This document shows positions 6,716 to 14,362 of a DNA stretch of 14,362 bases, in pieces (positions within the stretch are counted from its first letter, which is position 1; each line of letters opens with the position of its first letter). This DNA comes from Nitrospirota bacterium (GTDB lineage: Bacteria; Nitrospirota; JACRHJ01): NCBI GenBank assembly GCA_963845245.1, contig CAWJRJ010000027.1:1-14362 (forward strand), written 5' to 3'. A model generated the notes under the pieces. It did no database searches. It was not told where the DNA came from and saw only the letters and a program-made list of their open reading frames with translations. Both the position numbers and the translations under genes were made by a program.

Positions 6716-9008
6716 GAGGGCCCGGATACATGTTACCGGTATCGTGCAGGGCGTCGGCTTCCGCCCTCATGTATATAACCTTGCGGTAGCCGGGGGGCTT
6801 TCCGGTTTCGTCCTGAACACCTCAAAGGGCGTCACAATTGAGGTTGAAGGGTCAGGAGCGGAAACGTTCGCCGAAAGACTTCAACAAGACCACCCGCCTC
6901 TCTCCATAATAAAAACCATCGAGACCGAGTTGCTTGAGCCTGCCGGATATTCAGGGTTTGAGATCAGGCTCTCTGAGGCCACCTCTAAAGGATTTTCGCT
7001 AATATCCACGGACATTGCTACATGTCCGGACTGCCTGGAAGAACTCTATAACCCTGAAGACAGACGGTACCTCTACCCCTTCATCAACTGCACCAACTGC
7101 GGCCCACGTTACAGCATAATAAAGGGCGTACCATATGACAGGCCGCTCACAACGATGTCCGCTTTCAGGATGTGCCCCCAATGCGACGCCGAATATCATG
7201 ACCCTGCCGACAGGAGGTTCCATGCCCAGCCGACGGCCTGCCCACAGTGCGGGCCAAGAGTAGAATTTACAGGCGGCATTACCGGCGATGAAGCAGTCAT
7301 TTCAACCATCAAGTCGCTAATGTCCGGGAATGTCGTCGCGATAAAAGGTCTCGGCGGTTTTCAGCTTGCGTGCGACGCATATCATGAAGCTGCAGTCAAC
7401 AAGCTTCGGGCCAGAAAACGCAAAAGCAGAAAACCCTTCGCACTCATGGCGCGGGACATCAATACAATAAAGAAATACTGCAATGTATCACCGGCGGAAG
7501 AGAACCTTCTTAAAGGACACGCTGCACCGATAGTCCTTCTCAATAAAAGGGATGATACTGCGGGTATGCTCCCTGAGGGCATTGCACCCGGCAACAGGTA
7601 CATCGGCTTCATGCTGCCATATACACCACTTCACCATCTGCTTTTCAACCACCCGGAGGTTGCGGCTGAATATATGCCCGAGGTGCTCGTGATGACATCC
7701 GGCAACCTCTCTGAGGAACCAATAGTTATTGACAATACCGAGGCAACGGAAAAACTCTCTGGCCTTGCGGAAAAATTCCTGACACATGACCGGGACATAT
7801 ACATGCGTGTGGACGACTCGGTGACAAGGGTCATTGGAGGCATACCAAGGTTAATTAGGCGGGCGCGCGGTTTTGCGCCGGAGCCGATTGAGCTTTCCTC
7901 TACTTTACCAGATATTTTGGCCTGTGGAGGCGAACTGAAGAACACCCTCTGCCTGACAAAAGACAACTACGCAATCATCAGCCAGCACGTTGGCGACCTG
8001 ACTAACTTCGAATCTATGGGGTTTTTCGAGGAGACGTTAAAGAACCTCAAGCGCACCTTCAAAGCAGAGCCGCATATAGTATCGCATGACATGCATCCGG
8101 ACTACCTGAGCACCCGGTTCGCACAATCCTACAAAGCAGGTTATGACAAGAACGTGACGCTTGTTCCCGTCCAGCACCACCACGCGCACATCGCATCATG
8201 CATGGCCGAAAACGGCGAGACCGGCAGAGTTATAGGTATCGCGTTCGACGGCACAGGCTACGGCCTGGACGGCAACTCCTGGGGGAGCGAGTTCCTTGTT
8301 GCAGGGTATAACGGATTCGAGCGGTTCGCACACTTGAATTATCTTGCACTCCCCGGCGGCGACAAGGCAGTCAGAGAACCATGGAGGTTGGCCCTGTCCA
8401 TCCTGCACCAGGCCTACGGCCCGGACTGCATCAAACTTTTTGAATCCTTCAAACCGGGCATACCAGTCGAAGAGGCCCTGCTAGTATCCAGGATGCTTGA
8501 GAGAAAGATAAACAGCCCGTTTTCGTGTGGGATGGGCCGGCTGTTCGACGCCGTCTCATCACTTGCAGGTATCTGTGACAGGATAACATTCGAGGGAGAG
8601 GCCGCAATCGCACTAGAAATGGCTGCCGCGGAAACGGACGAACTGTACCCATATTACCTTGAAGGCAGTAGTCCCAAAGTGATAAACGTGATGCCTCTTG
8701 TACGGGCAATCGTTGTCGATATCCGGGTCGGGGTGGCGGCAAGCACGGTTGCGGGTAAATTCCACAATACCGTTGCAGCGATGGTATTTGAAATATGCGC
8801 TCTTGCAAGGGACAATGCCGGGCTTGATACCGTCGCCCTTTCAGGGGGGGTGTTCCAGAATGCCCTGCTCTTTGGGCTGGTGGAGTCCGGCCTGAAGGCA
8901 AGCGGGTTCCGTGTACTCTCGCACAGCAAGGTCCCGACGAACGACGCCTGCATATCTCTCGGCCAGGCCGCAGTCGCCGCCGCAGTGGTCACAAAAGAAT
9001 CCCTTTGA
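6708..9008 (+). CDS. hypF: Carbamoyltransferase HypF
   Basis: Acylphosphatase-like GIVQGVGFRP; zinc fingers CPDC/CTNC and CPQC/CPQC; KGLGGFQLACDA; MTSGN; QHHHAH; FDGTGYG; SGGVFQN. ATG 6708 overlapping the end of hypB is preferred over TTG 6663. Confidence 0.97.
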   Translation: MPERARIHVTGIVQGVGFRPHVYNLAVAGGLSGFVLNTSKGVTIEVEGSGAETFAERLQQDHPPLSIIKTIETELLEPAGYSGFEIRLSEATSKGFSLISTDIATCPDCLEELYNPEDRRYLYPFINCTNCGPRYSIIKGVPYDRPLTTMSAFRMCPQCDAEYHDPADRRFHAQPTACPQCGPRVEFTGGITGDEAVISTIKSLMSGNVVAIKGLGGFQLACDAYHEAAVNKLRARKRKSRKPFALMARDINTIKKYCNVSPAEENLLKGHAAPIVLLNKRDDTAGMLPEGIAPGNRYIGFMLPYTPLHHLLFNHPEVAAEYMPEVLVMTSGNLSEEPIVIDNTEATEKLSGLAEKFLTHDRDIYMRVDDSVTRVIGGIPRLIRRARGFAPEPIELSSTLPDILACGGELKNTLCLTKDNYAIISQHVGDLTNFESMGFFEETLKNLKRTFKAEPHIVSHDMHPDYLSTRFAQSYKAGYDKNVTLVPVQHHHAHIASCMAENGETGRVIGIAFDGTGYGLDGNSWGSEFLVAGYNGFERFAHLNYLALPGGDKAVREPWRLALSILHQAYGPDCIKLFESFKPGIPVEEALLVSRMLERKINSPFSCGMGRLFDAVSSLAGICDRITFEGEAAIALEMAAAETDELYPYYLEGSSPKVINVMPLVRAIVVDIRVGVAASTVAGKFHNTVAAMVFEICALARDNAGLDTVALSGGVFQNALLFGLVESGLKASGFRVLSHSKVPTNDACISLGQAAVAAAVVTKESL

Positions 9009-9034
9009 CATGCCAAGGCCAAATGCATTAATAT
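9005..9034 (+). promoter_or_regulatory. Putative sigma-70 promoter for the hisS operon
   Basis: TTGACA (9005-9010, overlapping the hypF TGA stop), 18 bp, TAATAT (9029-9034). Confidence 0.6.
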
Positions 9035-9121
9035 CTATTGTTCAATTTGTGTAATTTTGCCCTTTTCAAGTGAAGTTCTTTGGGGCAAACTTTCTTTCAA
9101 GAAAGGTTGCGGTTTTAGCTT

Positions 9122-10381
9122 ATGCTTACACAGGCAATAAAGGGCGTAAAAGATATAACTCCGTCGGACTCACCGCGCTGGCAGATGCTTGAGAAAACTA
9201 TGCGGGAACTCTTTGCCAGGTACGGCTTCTCCGAGATACGCACGCCGATAATCGAGCATACGGTGCTTTTTACAAGGAGCATCGGGGCCACCTCGGACAT
9301 CGTCGAGAAGGAGATGTACGCATTCTCCGACCGTGGAGGCGACGAGATAACGCTTCGTCCCGAGGGCACGGCTGGTGTGGTGCGCTCTTTTGTGGAACAC
9401 AAGCTCTACGCGGCGAATCCGGTGAATAAGGTCTATTACATGGGCCCGATGTTCAGGCGTGAACGTCCGCAGGCCGGGCGCCAGCGCCAGTTCCATCAGG
9501 TCGGCATCGAGGCGCTCGGGGTCGCGGAGCCTTCGATAGACATCGACGTCCTTGTGCTGCTGCATGACATTTTTAAGACACTCGGCATCCAAGGAGTCGA
9601 GCTTAGGATAAATTCTCTCGGCTGCAAGGACTGCCGCCCCAAGTACCGTGCTGCTTTGCAGGCATTCCTTATGGAACGCAGGGACCAGCTCTGCGAGGAC
9701 TGCAAAAGGCGCATCGAGGCCAACCCGCTTCGCGCGCTCGACTGCAAGGCGGCGGGATGCAAGGCAGCCACGGTTGATGCCCCCGCTATGGAAGAATACC
9801 TGGACGAAGGCTGTCGGACACATTTTGCGAAGGTACGCGAAGGCCTGGACGACCTGGGTATACCATACGCCATTGATCGCAGGATGGTGCGCGGGCTTGA
9901 CTATTACACCCGCACAACATTTGAGATGGTGGCTGCCGACAAGACAGGTGCACAGAACGCAGTTGCCGCCGGAGGCAGGTACGACGGCCTCGTGGAGGAG
10001 CTTGGCGGGCCGCCCACTCCTGGCATAGGCTTCGCCATAGGCATGGAACGGCTGATACTAATGCTGCCGCAGGCCGAGATGAAGCAGGCTGCGCCTGTCC
10101 TGTTCGTTGCGGCGATTGGTGAAGCGGCTGCGCGTCTGGGCCTGAAGCTCGTACACGACCTGCGGCAGGCAGGGATATGGGCGGAACGCGATTATGCCGG
10201 GGCTAGCCTGAAGTCCCAGATGAAGAAGGCCGACCGTTCCGGCGCAAAATATGTGCTGATTGTCGGCGAGGACGAGCTTGCCAAAGGCACCGCCATACTT
10301 CGGAACATGCAAACCAAGGAACAGACAGAGGTGCCCATCGACGGTGCGGCCTCGATGCTGATAAACAAGCTCTGCAAATGA
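9122..10381 (+). CDS. hisS: Histidine--tRNA ligase
   Basis: Class II aaRS motifs LRPEGTA, FRRERPQAGRQRQFHQ, VRGLDYY, GGRYDGL and GFAIGMERL, plus the C-terminal anticodon domain (KSQMKKAD). Confidence 0.99.
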   Translation: MLTQAIKGVKDITPSDSPRWQMLEKTMRELFARYGFSEIRTPIIEHTVLFTRSIGATSDIVEKEMYAFSDRGGDEITLRPEGTAGVVRSFVEHKLYAANPVNKVYYMGPMFRRERPQAGRQRQFHQVGIEALGVAEPSIDIDVLVLLHDIFKTLGIQGVELRINSLGCKDCRPKYRAALQAFLMERRDQLCEDCKRRIEANPLRALDCKAAGCKAATVDAPAMEEYLDEGCRTHFAKVREGLDDLGIPYAIDRRMVRGLDYYTRTTFEMVAADKTGAQNAVAAGGRYDGLVEELGGPPTPGIGFAIGMERLILMLPQAEMKQAAPVLFVAAIGEAAARLGLKLVHDLRQAGIWAERDYAGASLKSQMKKADRSGAKYVLIVGEDELAKGTAILRNMQTKEQTEVPIDGAASMLINKLCK

Positions 10382-10860
10382 AGGTATTATGCATCTCAGA
10401 CACCCATGTCGACGGCATGGGCAAACTCCCCGCGGCCCTTTACGATGCGCTCAAGACCGCCGACCTCATCCTCCACGCGGGCGACATAACATCCCCTGAG
10501 GTCATCGAGGAGCTTAAGGCGATTGCGCCCGTCGAGGCAGTCGCGGGCAACATGGACGGCTGGGACATTACGAACCACCACCCGGAGAAGAAGGTAGTCG
10601 AAGCGGGCGGGTTTCGCATCGGTATCACACACGGGGCAGGGCGGGTGACAAACATAGAGGAACGAGTCCTCGCAATATTCGAGAACGACAACGTGGACTG
10701 CATAGTCTTCGGGCATTCGCACCATGCAACTGTAAAGCAGCACGGGCGGGTCCTGCTGGTAAACCCCGGAAGCCCGACCGACAAACGCTGGGCGCCATAC
10801 AATTCATATGCCGTCCTGGAACTAACCGACAAGATAATGGCGGAGATAGTCCGCCTGTAG
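10378..10860 (+). CDS. Metallophosphoesterase, YfcE/MJ0936-like family
   Basis: Motifs SDTH, HAGD, GNMD, THG, FGHSH and NPGS. ATGA overlap with the hisS stop. Confidence 0.93.
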   Translation: MKVLCISDTHVDGMGKLPAALYDALKTADLILHAGDITSPEVIEELKAIAPVEAVAGNMDGWDITNHHPEKKVVEAGGFRIGITHGAGRVTNIEERVLAIFENDNVDCIVFGHSHHATVKQHGRVLLVNPGSPTDKRWAPYNSYAVLELTDKIMAEIVRL

Positions 10861-10876
10861 AGGAGTTTTACATTTA

Positions 10877-11420
10877 ATGGATATCAAGGCAATATTCCAC
10901 AAGTACTACCATCTGGATTCAAAGACATACCTCTTTCTTGAGGCCCATAGCCGCGCAGTAGCCGACAAGGCACTGCAGGGCGGCGGAGAAGGTCAAGCAC
11001 CTAAACCCGGACGTCAAGTTCATCGAGGAGGCCTCGCTCCTGCACGACATCGGCATCTTCATGGTCAACGCGCCCAAGATCGGCTGCATAGGCCCGCACG
11101 ACTACATAGAGCATGGCTACCTTGGCCGTGAGCTTATGGACAAGGAAGGCTACCCCCGCCACGCGCTCGTTTGCGAAAGGCACGTCGGCGTCGGCCTCAC
11201 GGTTGCCGACATCGAAAAGTACAAGCTCCCCATTCCAAAGCGCGACATGATCCCCCTGACCCTTGAGGAGAAGATAATCTGCTGGGCGGACAAGTTCTTC
11301 TCGAAGTTCCCGACCAAGCTGAACGAGGAGAAGCATCTCGACAAGGTGCGGAAGATGGTGGTGAATTACGGTGAGGAGCAGCTTAAACGCTTCGATGAGT
11401 GGAACGAGATGTTCGGATAG
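10877..11420 (+). pseudogene. HD/HDIG-domain phosphohydrolase, interrupted by a +1 frameshift (pseudogene or sequencing error)
   Basis: Removing one G from CAGGG at 10976-10980 joins MDIKAIFHKYY...HSRAVADKALQ to AAEKVKHLNPDVKFIEEASLLHDIGIF...EHGYLG...CERHVGVG...EEKIICWADKFFSK. The result is a continuous 180-aa HD protein. SD AGGAG lies upstream of 10877. Confidence 0.88.
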
Positions 11421-11437
11421 TTTTACCTTATAGACAT

Positions 11438-11471
11438 ATTAAAAAGCCCCGGTTATCCGGGGCTTTTTAAT
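11438..11471. terminator. Bidirectional rho-independent terminator
   Basis: Perfect 15-bp inverted repeat ATTAAAAAGCCCCGG-ttat-CCGGGGCTTTTTAAT with a U-run on both strands, 17 bp after the HD gene stop. Confidence 0.92.
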
Positions 11472-11531
11472 TATCAAATCCTTTTGAAGTTTACACTCCC
11501 ACCTGCCTCTGCAAAGTTTTTATTCTTCATA

Positions 11532-11540
11532 TGTTATAAT
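11532..11540 (+). promoter_or_regulatory. Extended -10 promoter element for the GH15 gene
   Basis: TGTTATAAT (TGn-TATAAT), 33 bp upstream of ATG 11574, with no clear -35. SD GGAGG precedes the ATG. Confidence 0.6.
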
Positions 11541-11573
11541 TTATAAAATTATTCTTCCGTATCCGGAGGCTTC

Positions 11574-13949
11574 ATGTCTGATGATATTTTTGCGCCCGGC
11601 TGGCCCGGCATCCTTCCGCGCTGGACCTCCAGCGCAAAGAGCGGGATAGGCAGTTCTTTCGATCGTGTGAGCCGCGTATGGTTCACTCTGAGCCACGGGA
11701 TAATAAACGAGATATACTATCCCAGGCTGGACCAGGCCTGCACACGAGATTTTGGAATGATAGTCACGGATGGAAAAGAATTCTTCTCTGAGGAGAAGCG
11801 GCACGCTATATCTAAGGTGGAACATCTGGCGGACGGCGTACCCGGATACAGGCTTGTCAACACCTGCAAACAGGGACGTTACCGCATAGAAAAAGAGATA
11901 ATATCCGACCCTCTCAGAGATTCGGTCCTGCAACTGACCAAATTCACGCCGCTCACAGCCAGTATGGAAAACTATAAGTTGTACCTGCTCCTGGCCCCGC
12001 ATCTGGCCAACCACGGAAATGGCAACACGGCCTGGGTCGGTGACTACAAGGGCGTGCCGATGCTTTTCGCCGAACGCGACGGCACGGCACTGGCCGTTGC
12101 ATGCTCTGCGCCGTGGGTGAAGAGGTCCGTTGGGTTCGTGGGCTTCTCCGACGGCTGGCAGGACATCACGCGAAATGCACAGATGACCTGGGAATATACA
12201 AAGGCTGAAAACGGAAACGTCGCGCTGACAGGCGAGATAGACGTCCATCAGGCGGATGGACTTTTCCTGATTGCCATAGGCTTTGGCAATACGCCGGCGG
12301 AGGCCGGGAACCGAGCGCGTGCCAGCATAACCGCCGGTTTCGAACCGGCGAAAGAAAAATACATCAACGACTGGCTAAACTGGCAAGGACGTCTTCTTCG
12401 ACTGGACAAAGAGGGCAAGGGCCATAACATGTACCGGGTGAGCACAGCTGTAATGAGCGCTCACGAGGACAAACGCTTCCTGGGTGGTGCAATCGCCAGC
12501 CTCTCCATACCGTGGGGGACTTCAAAAGGCGACAACGACCTTGGAGGATACCACCTTGTATGGCCCAGGGACCTCTCCGAGACTGTCGTCGGCCTGCTGG
12601 CCGCAGGAGCCTGCGATGCTGCAATCGATGCGCTCAACTACTTCAGTGTCACGCAGGAGGCCGACGGCCACTGGCCGCAAAACATGTGGCTGGATGGCAC
12701 ATCCTATTGGCCCGGCATACAGATGGACGAGACGGCTTTCCCCATCTTGCTGGTTGACATTGCAATCAGGGAGAAGGTGATCGATGAAAGCGGGGCTGCC
12801 CGGTACTGGCCCATGGTAAAGAAGGCGGCTTCGTTCATACTAAAAAACGGCCCGGTAACTCAACAGGACAGGTGGGAAGAACAGGCAGGCTATTCGCCAT
12901 TTACGATTGCAGTCCAGATCTCTGCGCTGCTTGCGGCGGCGGAGCTTGCAGAGATGCAGGGCGAAGAAGAATCAGCTTCTTTCATGCGCGAGACGGCGGA
13001 TGCTTGGAATGCCCGTATGGAATACTGGATATATGCCACAGGCACCGATATCGCACGCAGGTTCGACGTGGACGGTTATTATATGCACATATCTCAGGAG
13101 GAAGAACCGACCGCATTTACATCCAGGCACTGTATCGTGCCAAAACAGGAACACGCCATAAGCACGGACGCCCTTGCGCTCGTTCGGTTCGGCCTCCGCA
13201 GCCCGGACGACCCGCGTATACTGAACACCATTAAAGTGATAGACGGGATGCTGAAGGTGGAAACCCCTTACGGCCCGGTCTGGCACAGGCATAACATGGA
13301 CGCGTACGGTGAACATGCAGACGGTTCGTCTTTCAACGGTTCCGGTATAGGCCGTGCCTGGCCGCTTTTAACCGGTGAACGTGCCCACTATGAGCTTGCG
13401 GCAGGCAAACGTGACGAGGCCGAAAGGTTGATGCATGCGATGGAGTCGTTTGCAAATGAAGGCGGTATGATCCCGGAGCAGGTATGGGATACTGAGGACT
13501 TGCCGAAGCGCAGCCTTCGCCTCGGGAGGCCGACAGGTTCCGCCATGCCACTGGTCTGGGCGCATTCGGAATACGTCAAGCTCTGTCGTTCCCTGATGGA
13601 CGGAAGGGTATTTGACATGCCGCCACAGACCATACAGCGCTATATTATCAACAAAGTCGGTAGCCATTATGCGCCCTGGCGCTACAACAACAAATGCCAG
13701 GTGATGCCAGCCGGCATGATACTGCGCCTTGAAGTTCAGGATGCCGCGGACGTGAACTGGAGCATAGACGACTGGGAAACCGAGCGCGTCATCGGTACGG
13801 TAGACTCCCGCATCGGGCTCCATATTGCCGACCTGGACACAGCGTCCCTGCCGGAGTTCACTATAATCAATTTCAGGCTCCGCTGGAAGAGAGACGGCCG
13901 TGACGACGGGACAGTTTTTGACGTAGTTGTCGGCAAGCCTATGGTTTGA
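11574..13949 (+). CDS. Glycoside hydrolase family 15 glucoamylase / glucan 1,4-alpha-glucosidase with a glucodextranase-N-like domain
   Basis: N-terminal APGWPG...WTSSAK and FTLSHGIINEIYYP; IASLSIPWG, GGYHLVWPRD, QMDE; catalytic-acid region QDRWEE; IPEQVWD; catalytic-base region GSAMPLVWAHSEY. 791 aa with no evident signal peptide. Confidence 0.93.
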   Translation: MSDDIFAPGWPGILPRWTSSAKSGIGSSFDRVSRVWFTLSHGIINEIYYPRLDQACTRDFGMIVTDGKEFFSEEKRHAISKVEHLADGVPGYRLVNTCKQGRYRIEKEIISDPLRDSVLQLTKFTPLTASMENYKLYLLLAPHLANHGNGNTAWVGDYKGVPMLFAERDGTALAVACSAPWVKRSVGFVGFSDGWQDITRNAQMTWEYTKAENGNVALTGEIDVHQADGLFLIAIGFGNTPAEAGNRARASITAGFEPAKEKYINDWLNWQGRLLRLDKEGKGHNMYRVSTAVMSAHEDKRFLGGAIASLSIPWGTSKGDNDLGGYHLVWPRDLSETVVGLLAAGACDAAIDALNYFSVTQEADGHWPQNMWLDGTSYWPGIQMDETAFPILLVDIAIREKVIDESGAARYWPMVKKAASFILKNGPVTQQDRWEEQAGYSPFTIAVQISALLAAAELAEMQGEEESASFMRETADAWNARMEYWIYATGTDIARRFDVDGYYMHISQEEEPTAFTSRHCIVPKQEHAISTDALALVRFGLRSPDDPRILNTIKVIDGMLKVETPYGPVWHRHNMDAYGEHADGSSFNGSGIGRAWPLLTGERAHYELAAGKRDEAERLMHAMESFANEGGMIPEQVWDTEDLPKRSLRLGRPTGSAMPLVWAHSEYVKLCRSLMDGRVFDMPPQTIQRYIINKVGSHYAPWRYNNKCQVMPAGMILRLEVQDAADVNWSIDDWETERVIGTVDSRIGLHIADLDTASLPEFTIINFRLRWKRDGRDDGTVFDVVVGKPMV

Positions 13950-13975
13950 CGAGTTAACGACAGAAAAGAAGTTTC

Positions 13976-14005
13976 TTGACAATTTGCCCGTTTCGGAATG
14001 ATAAT
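13976..14005 (+). promoter_or_regulatory. Putative sigma-70 promoter giving a probably leaderless transcript for the 14011 ORF
   Basis: TTGACA (13976-13981), 18 bp, GATAAT (14000-14005). The ATG follows the -10 box after a 5-nt gap and has no SD. Confidence 0.55.
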
Positions 14006-14010
14006 TAAAA

Positions 14011-14298
14011 ATGCAGCAAAAAAGGCTATCACTTTTCCTGGTCTTTCTATTGCTCTTCACAAGGGCGGTTATCAATTCGCATAACCACCCACGCCTTCAC
14101 CACAAGCATACAGGCTTTTCCAGCTACGGCCGCGAACTCTTTGCCACGCTTGAAGTTCCGCCAGCAATCAACTCCTGCCCTGAAAGCAGTTCTGTCATTC
14201 CGATCGGAAAAATTACACCGGTCATACTGCAATATGAGTTTGCCGCACAACCTTCGGTTATAGGCAAAAGAGACGTCATTAGACCTCCGCCCGTTTGA
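14011..14298 (+). CDS. Putative regulatory leader / ribosome-arrest peptide (hydrophobic N-terminus, His cluster, C-terminal RPPP; DUF2946/RAPP-like architecture)
   Basis: MQQKRLSLFLVFLLLFTRAVI (basic residues then a hydrophobic stretch), HNHPRLHHKH, and a C-terminus ending IRPPPV*. An orphan SD GGAGG at 14352-14356 indicates a downstream gene just outside the window. Confidence 0.62.
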   Translation: MQQKRLSLFLVFLLLFTRAVINSHNHPRLHHKHTGFSSYGRELFATLEVPPAINSCPESSSVIPIGKITPVILQYEFAAQPSVIGKRDVIRPPPV

Positions 14299-14362
14299 TA
14301 GATTCTTGAGCTTAATATATAATTGTTTTCATATCGGATCTCATGTCAAATGGAGGCTAAAC

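Noticed and set aside
9035..9121. T-box or His attenuator upstream of hisS
   Set aside because: The leader is under 90 nt, with no T-box consensus and no His-codon-rich leader peptide.
1..14362. CRISPR arrays, tRNA/rRNA genes, IS elements or long repeats
   Set aside because: By eye I found no regularly spaced repeats, cloverleaf motifs, transposase ORFs or terminal inverted repeats.

Overview
Bacterial chromosomal window. The sigma-54/IHF regulation and gene content suggest an anaerobic lineage such as Nitrospirota or Desulfobacterota (inference only). The left end, on the minus strand, holds the 5' part of cbiD, a 56-aa yacG that the ORF track missed, and a 48-aa CxxC...CxxC microprotein. 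The microprotein has a consensus sigma-54 promoter, an IHF site, candidate enhancer sites and its own terminator. Divergent from it is a membrane-bound uptake [NiFe]-hydrogenase operon (Tat small subunit, large subunit, cytochrome b, endopeptidase) followed by hypA-hypB-hypF. The hydrogenase has group 1a-like motifs, no selenocysteine, and an unusual proximal-cluster motif (C-D-S-G-C in place of E-C-T-G-C). Next come hisS, a metallophosphoesterase, a +1-frameshifted HDIG-domain gene, a bidirectional terminator and a GH15 glucoamylase-type gene. The most interesting signal is at the right end: a probably leaderless 95-aa ORF with a hydrophobic N-terminus, a His cluster and a C-terminal RPPP. 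Its last codons are complementary to the Shine-Dalgarno of the next gene, which lies outside the window. This is the architecture of a ribosome-arrest (RAPP-like) regulatory leader peptide, possibly metal-sensing.
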